NCBI GenBank assembly: GCA_900617105.1
Contig: UYFQ01000312.1
Span: 1 to 64,000, forward strand
Origin: Hydrurus foetidus
Lineage: Eukaryota
DNA: 64,000 nucleotides
Direction: 5' to 3'
Position 1 is the stretch's first letter. Every line of letters starts with the position of its first letter. Position numbers and translations under genes: made by a program. Shown here piece by piece: positions 58,418 through 64,000 of the stretch. The notes beneath the pieces are model-generated. The model was not told the DNA's origin. It did no database searches and saw nothing but the letters and a program-made list of their open reading frames with translations.

Positions 58418-61400
58418 TTAAATGGTGCTAAATTCATCATCGAAAAAATCTCTCAATCCTTCTGCTGTGGCTGAAGTATCGTCAATATCAATATCCTCTT
58501 TCTTGATGTGTACATTGCCAGAAGGACCGCCATTTCTATGTAATTCAAATTCATTTTTGATTTTTAGTAGCGCGTTCTTCTTCACCCCTGTTGACTTATG
58601 TTTCGCTGCAGTTTTTCTTTTTCTTCCTCCGACATATTCCTCATCGCTATCTTCATCTTTTTCATCTTCCATTTCGCTGTTATCTTCATCATCGTCATTA
58701 TTTTCTCTCGTGATGATTCCTTCTCGATTGTTATTTTTGGGTTTTTTAGTACCCTTTTCAGTTTTCACCTCCACCTCATCTCTCCCTCTTTTAGTCTTTC
58801 TTGTTCCTGTCACCTTCCCACTGCTTTCAGATTTAATTTTCGATTTTTCTCCCTTATCTTTTTTAACTTTGAATGAAGCATTAATGTCATTGATGTCTTT
58901 TTCTTTTTTTGATGGCGGTATTTTTTCTTTCTTCATTTTTTCAATTGCTTTCATTTTCGTCTTGTTGTCCTTCTTCCCCTTGTTACTGCTAGAGAAAGGT
59001 TGTGTTCGTGATTTTGATTGTTTGTTATTCATCCTATCATCATCAGATGCACTGCCATCATCATCGTCGTCATTATCTTCATCATCATCATCATCATCGT
59101 CATCAATCAATTCCTCCTCCTCCTCCTCTACTTCTTCCTCTTTATCTACCTCTTCTTTCTCTTCCACCTCACTGTCAGTGTCGCTATCGCTGCCACTACT
59201 ATTCATCCATCCATTATCCATCCTCTTCCATCCTTCCCTCCCCATCATCTTCCACCATGTTTCCCTCCATCCACTATCATCATCCTTTCCATTCATCCTC
59301 TGCACTCTCATTTCTTCCTTCCCTCCCATTCCTATCATCGTCATTATCACCGTTCCTACTTCTCCCCATCTCTTTTTCTTTCCCCCGCCCCTTCTTATTC
59401 TCCCTGTCTATTTCACTCTCATTTCCTCTTTTTCTTTCTTTCACTTTGCCACTTACATTTTCATTTTTTTTCTTTCTGAATATTTCTTTTTCTTTATCTT
59501 TTTTACTGACGTTATTATTTTTGCCTCTTGAAAAATTGTTCTTTAAATTCTTTAATCTTTCCTGCGCATTCAACGCAACATTATCATCGCCACCATAATC
59601 ATCATCATCCCCAACATCTAAAAATCGCACATGACTCATTTTCATCGCTTCTGCTGGATGTTCTTTTGAATGTTCCTTGGAATCTTCCTTTGGTACGATA
59701 GCTTTTACACTGGATTTCAAAGCACTAGGATTGATCGTTTTCGTTTTATTACTTTTTGAAATCAGGCCTATCTTTGCAACATAGGTTTTTTTACTGTTTA
59801 AATTAACGACACTTTCTTCGTATGCTTTCATGACATTCTCGGCAGCCAATTTTTCAGCTTCTATTTCATTTGCTATCTCTTCTTCTTTTTTCATCTCTCC
59901 CTCTAACATTCTATCATCTTCTTCTTCTTGTAATTCAATTCTTATTCTCTCTTTTCTTTCTTCATTTTCTTTTTCTCTTATCGCTTTTTCCACATCTTCA
60001 TCATACCCGCCTCCATTCACCTCTTCCTCATCCTCACTATCGAGCTCTTCAATTTCTTCATTTTTTGCGTTTTTTGAATAGAGGTCTCCTGTGTACGTGT
60101 GGTAAGCCATGTACTTACGTGGGTAGGCGAATTCTGAAATTTCACCAGGTCTGTTATACGGTTTACAGCACAGATAAAAAGAGAAATTAAAAAAGGAATG
60201 AGAGTGTGTGCGATAATGAGAAAGGAGGGGTAAGTAGTGGGGACAAGAGAAGAGAAGGAAGTAGAAAAAAAGGAAGGAGATATAAAAAAAGAAATGAAGA
60301 ATTGATGAAAAAAAAGGGCGAAAAGAATCATGATATGCAAATGTAACAAGAAGTAAAAAAGAGCAAGATAACAGATGAGTAGAGATGAAGTAGGATGGTG
60401 CGATAATTGTGAGTTATCTAGAATGCTTTAAAACGACACTGAAATTTAAAATATGGCGTAACAACTAGGATAACTGGAAGGATCCAATCCTTACATCATC
60501 ACACCTAATATCATCACCCACCTGTGTGTGTAAGATACACTGCGCAGAGTAGGACCAAACTGATAGTCGTAAGAATCAAATTCAACAGGGGGGTCAGCGA
60601 CAAGCTTGCAACTCGAATATTCAACACTAAAAACATTGATTGCCCCTGCATTATGAGGCAATACATCGTCACTCTCATTCTCGTTATCATGATTATTTTC
60701 GATTTCATCAAACGTTGAATCAATCTGGCCGTTTTTTTCTTTCCCCTTCTCTACTTCTTTCTCTGCCTCATATTGGTTATTCTCTTCACTGTCTTTCCAC
60801 TCTTCGATACTATTTTCTCTTCTTTCCGAATTGGATGAAATTCTTTGTTCTTCAAATTCCTTTCTTTGCATCTCATTTCTGTTATTTTCATCGTTATTTT
60901 TCTTTTTCTCTTCATCTGTTACTGAGCTCCGTTCAATCTTTACATAATCCTCCCCTATTCTACTTTCTCTACTTTCTTTCACTTCTTCCCCACCGACCAT
61001 TTCATTTTTGACAATTAAATCACCATTTTCATCTATTTCGCTACCCCATATATATTCTTTATTACATCTTATTTTTCCCTCTAGAATCCCGCAAGAACCG
61101 AGATCTTTCAAAAGAGGTAGGACATAGTCTGAGTATATTTTGTATCTGTTCCTAGTCGTCCTTACATACATCGGCCCTCTCCTTTCATCAACATCAGCCT
61201 TGTAATCTTTTAATTTCGCTACGTGCAATAATGCCACTCTTCTTATCCGTCTTATCGCAGAGAACTGTTCACTGTATTCGTCTTGTTTTTGTCTGTCTAA
61301 CTTCGCATCCTTCGCTATTAGAGACGCTAGCATTTTTCTCGCGATTGAGTCAGCAGTCGGTTTGTAGTTCAAATCGTTCTCATTTATCTTTTCTGTGTTA

Positions 61401-63977
61401 TCATCTGCCATATCATCATTCCTGTCTTCATTTTCATTTTCATTTTCATCTTCATTTTCATCTTCATCATCACTTCCACCATTTTCACTTTCGTATTCAC
61501 TCCCATTCTCGTTTGCACTTTTCTCCTTCTTCTTTTTCTTATCATAAATTCTCCTCCTGTTTTTAAGTGCTTCTTTCTTCTTCGTTACATTTGCATCACT
61601 GATACTGGCGAGTGTAAGGTATTCTTCCTTATCATCGATATCACCAATCGCCTCCATATCTTCCATCACAAATATGGCATCTCTCTCCTGCACATCAATT
61701 TCTTCTTCATCCTTCCCGTAATGACTCGACTCCGCACTGCTAACACTGGTCGCCTCACTCTCTACATCACTGTGCAACACTATGTTCTCAGATGTTATGT
61801 ATTGTTGGCGCAATCTAGCTCGTTGTGTTTTTTCGTACCTCAATCGATGAATGCGTGCTATTTCTTTTCTCATATTAAATTGTCTCAACAATTTCGGTAT
61901 TTCAGATTTTGCCGCTTTTGCCTCTTTTATCATATTGTAAAATTGCGATACTTTGATTCTTCTATATCTAGTCCATTTTTTTAGTACTCTTTTTAACTTT
62001 AATCGACTAATTCTTAACTGAACGGAATTGCTTTTAAAGCCTTTTACGTTTCCCACTTCGGTGTAATTGATAATTTGCTCTTCTGTTTCTTCCAGCATCG
62101 CATGCAATATTCCTAACAAATGTAACGTACGATGCGTACGTTTATGAAAAGGTAAATAAAATAAATGTGCGATTTAATTACAGAGCGTGTGATCGATAAT
62201 AATAATAATAATAGTAATAATGATGATGATGATTATAATAATAATAATAATAATGATATTAATAATAATAATATGTATACAAATAAACAGTAAATCAATA
62301 TGAACGATTAATAATGTGTTAAAGATTGAAAAAGAAGATTACGAAGGAAATAAACGGATCATCTCTGAAGAACACTCCATCCTTCCAAATGACAAACATA
62401 ACAAGAATAAAACAATTTACACAACATCAAATATAACACTAAAAGTAGCAATAAAAGTAGTAATAGAAGTAACAATAAATATCCTCACCTGTTTTAGACA
62501 ATAAAAATTTACTACACCTTTCGAGTAAAAAAATATATCCCATCCGATAAGATCCAGTGGCATCTCCATTATGACGAACAGAAGATAAGTACTCCTTGAT
62601 TTCGTCATCGTAACGATGAGAATAGTGTCTTCTCCTAGTTTGGGTGCTCGTGAGACCATGTAGCACTTGTAAATGCCGCATGCCCTCCAAGTACGATCTT
62701 CCAATACATTTCACTGGTTTACTTCGTAGTTTATGTCGAAACTTTCCATACCTCTGTATTGCCTTTCTTTTCTTCAACATATTTCCTGCGTACAATACGT
62801 TCTCACTTAATTCTAAATCCCGAGAGTATTTTATTTTATCTCCCCATTCTATTCTACTCGAAGCACCCAAAATTCTTCCCCGAGAATTAATTTTCAGATC
62901 GGATGCTGAGTAACCGATCTTCTCAATCCTTTTCTTATTTTCGTCTGCAGGTTCTTTTGTGATTTTCGGTGTTTGTGTAACTTGAAGTTCGTTTCGGTTA
63001 ATTACGACTAGTGCTGGTTTCACGGATTTGTTGGAAGTTAACCGATTTCTCAAATCATCTTCTCTACCTCTTCTGCTGAAAGAGGTAGAGGAGAATGATG
63101 ATGTGCTCGTTTGAGAATCTGTTATACGGTTTTGAGATCCGTTATTGCTATTTTGACTGCTTTGACTGTTTTGGCTGTTATTTCTGTTTTTATTGTTGCT
63201 GCTGGTAATTACATTATCACTATCGTCACTCTCACTCTCACTCCCATTTTCATTTTGAGAACTGTGTCGATTCTTTTCTTGACTATTATCATTTCTATTT
63301 CCGTTATTACTATTTCTATTTCCGTTATTTGCACTACTGCTACTACCACCATTATTATCATTATTATTTCCATTATTTTCATAATTGTTATTTCCGTTAT
63401 TCTGGTTATCGTCATTTCCGTTTCCGTTTCCATTTCCATAGCTATTACTATGGTCGTAATTTCCATTTTTACTTGGATTATTAGAGCTACCTCCATTATA
63501 GTTATTATTGTAGTTATTATTGTCGTGAATTCTATCTTCAAAATTATTCAGTAATTCTCGATTGTCTTTTCCGTCATTTCCAAATATCTGGTCAACAACA
63601 GAACTGAACGCCAGTTGCCTCTCCCTTACAACAGTCGAAACGAATCTACGAGAAGGTACTGAATTTTGAAATTGATTTAATAGATTTCCTATGGAATCTC
63701 TGGGTACGGAGTCCACATCACTTAGTTGAGAAATTAAATGAAGTGGTGGTGTATTTATGTTTTTTGTGTTTTGATTTCTATTATTATTATTACCATTATT
63801 ATTACCATTATTGAGTTTTCTTGACGAGTTACTTAGCGGTTCCCTGAAATCCGCATAGTTAACAATTCTGTTTTCATCTTCATTATCAATTTCATTTCCT
63901 TCCTCCTCACTGTCATATCCGTGTACAAATTTGCTGATATCATTCTTCATCCTCCCTCCACTTCCATCACGTTTCAA
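58418..63977 (-). CDS. Large spliced low-complexity (Asn/Glu/Lys-rich) host protein, function unknown; begins outside the window
   Basis: Long co-oriented ORFs joined by GT-AG introns (e.g. donor ~60542, acceptor ~60153); frame change near 59300-59350. Confidence 0.65.
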
Positions 63978-64000
63978 TGACCAGTCTAACCAATGCGGAC

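Noticed and set aside
58422..59598. Ser/Phe-rich and His-rich plus-strand ORFs
   Set aside because: Antisense shadows of the Glu/Asp/Lys-rich minus-strand gene.

Overview
Eukaryotic (protist-like, intron-rich, microsatellite-rich) genomic DNA. Bases 1-17433 are the right-hand part of an endogenous Polinton-like virus (PLV)/virophage-like element. It encodes a DNA adenine methyltransferase, a T5orf172/GIY-YIG-like protein, an A32-type packaging ATPase, penton-like proteins, a coiled-coil fiber, a permuted papain-like protease, and minor and major capsid proteins, and it ends in a palindrome-rich terminus finishing in ...TACA. A chromodomain-bearing Ty3/Gypsy LTR retrotransposon (identical 207-bp LTRs, 4-bp TSD, dead RT, open integrase frame) is inserted in a viral LamG-domain gene. 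Once repaired in silico, that gene looks like a penton paralog with a LamG insertion and a single in-frame stop. The rest of the window has host genes (Tim44-like protein, PRMT1, arrestin-domain protein, RCC1-repeat protein, dihydroorotase, a large low-complexity protein), an intronless D5/SF3 helicase, two hAT transposase relics, a nested Harbinger-like/Ngaro-like/CCCAG-MITE cluster, and tiny perfect-hairpin elements with 4-bp TSDs. All calls come from motif recognition and by-eye alignment; no database searches were run.
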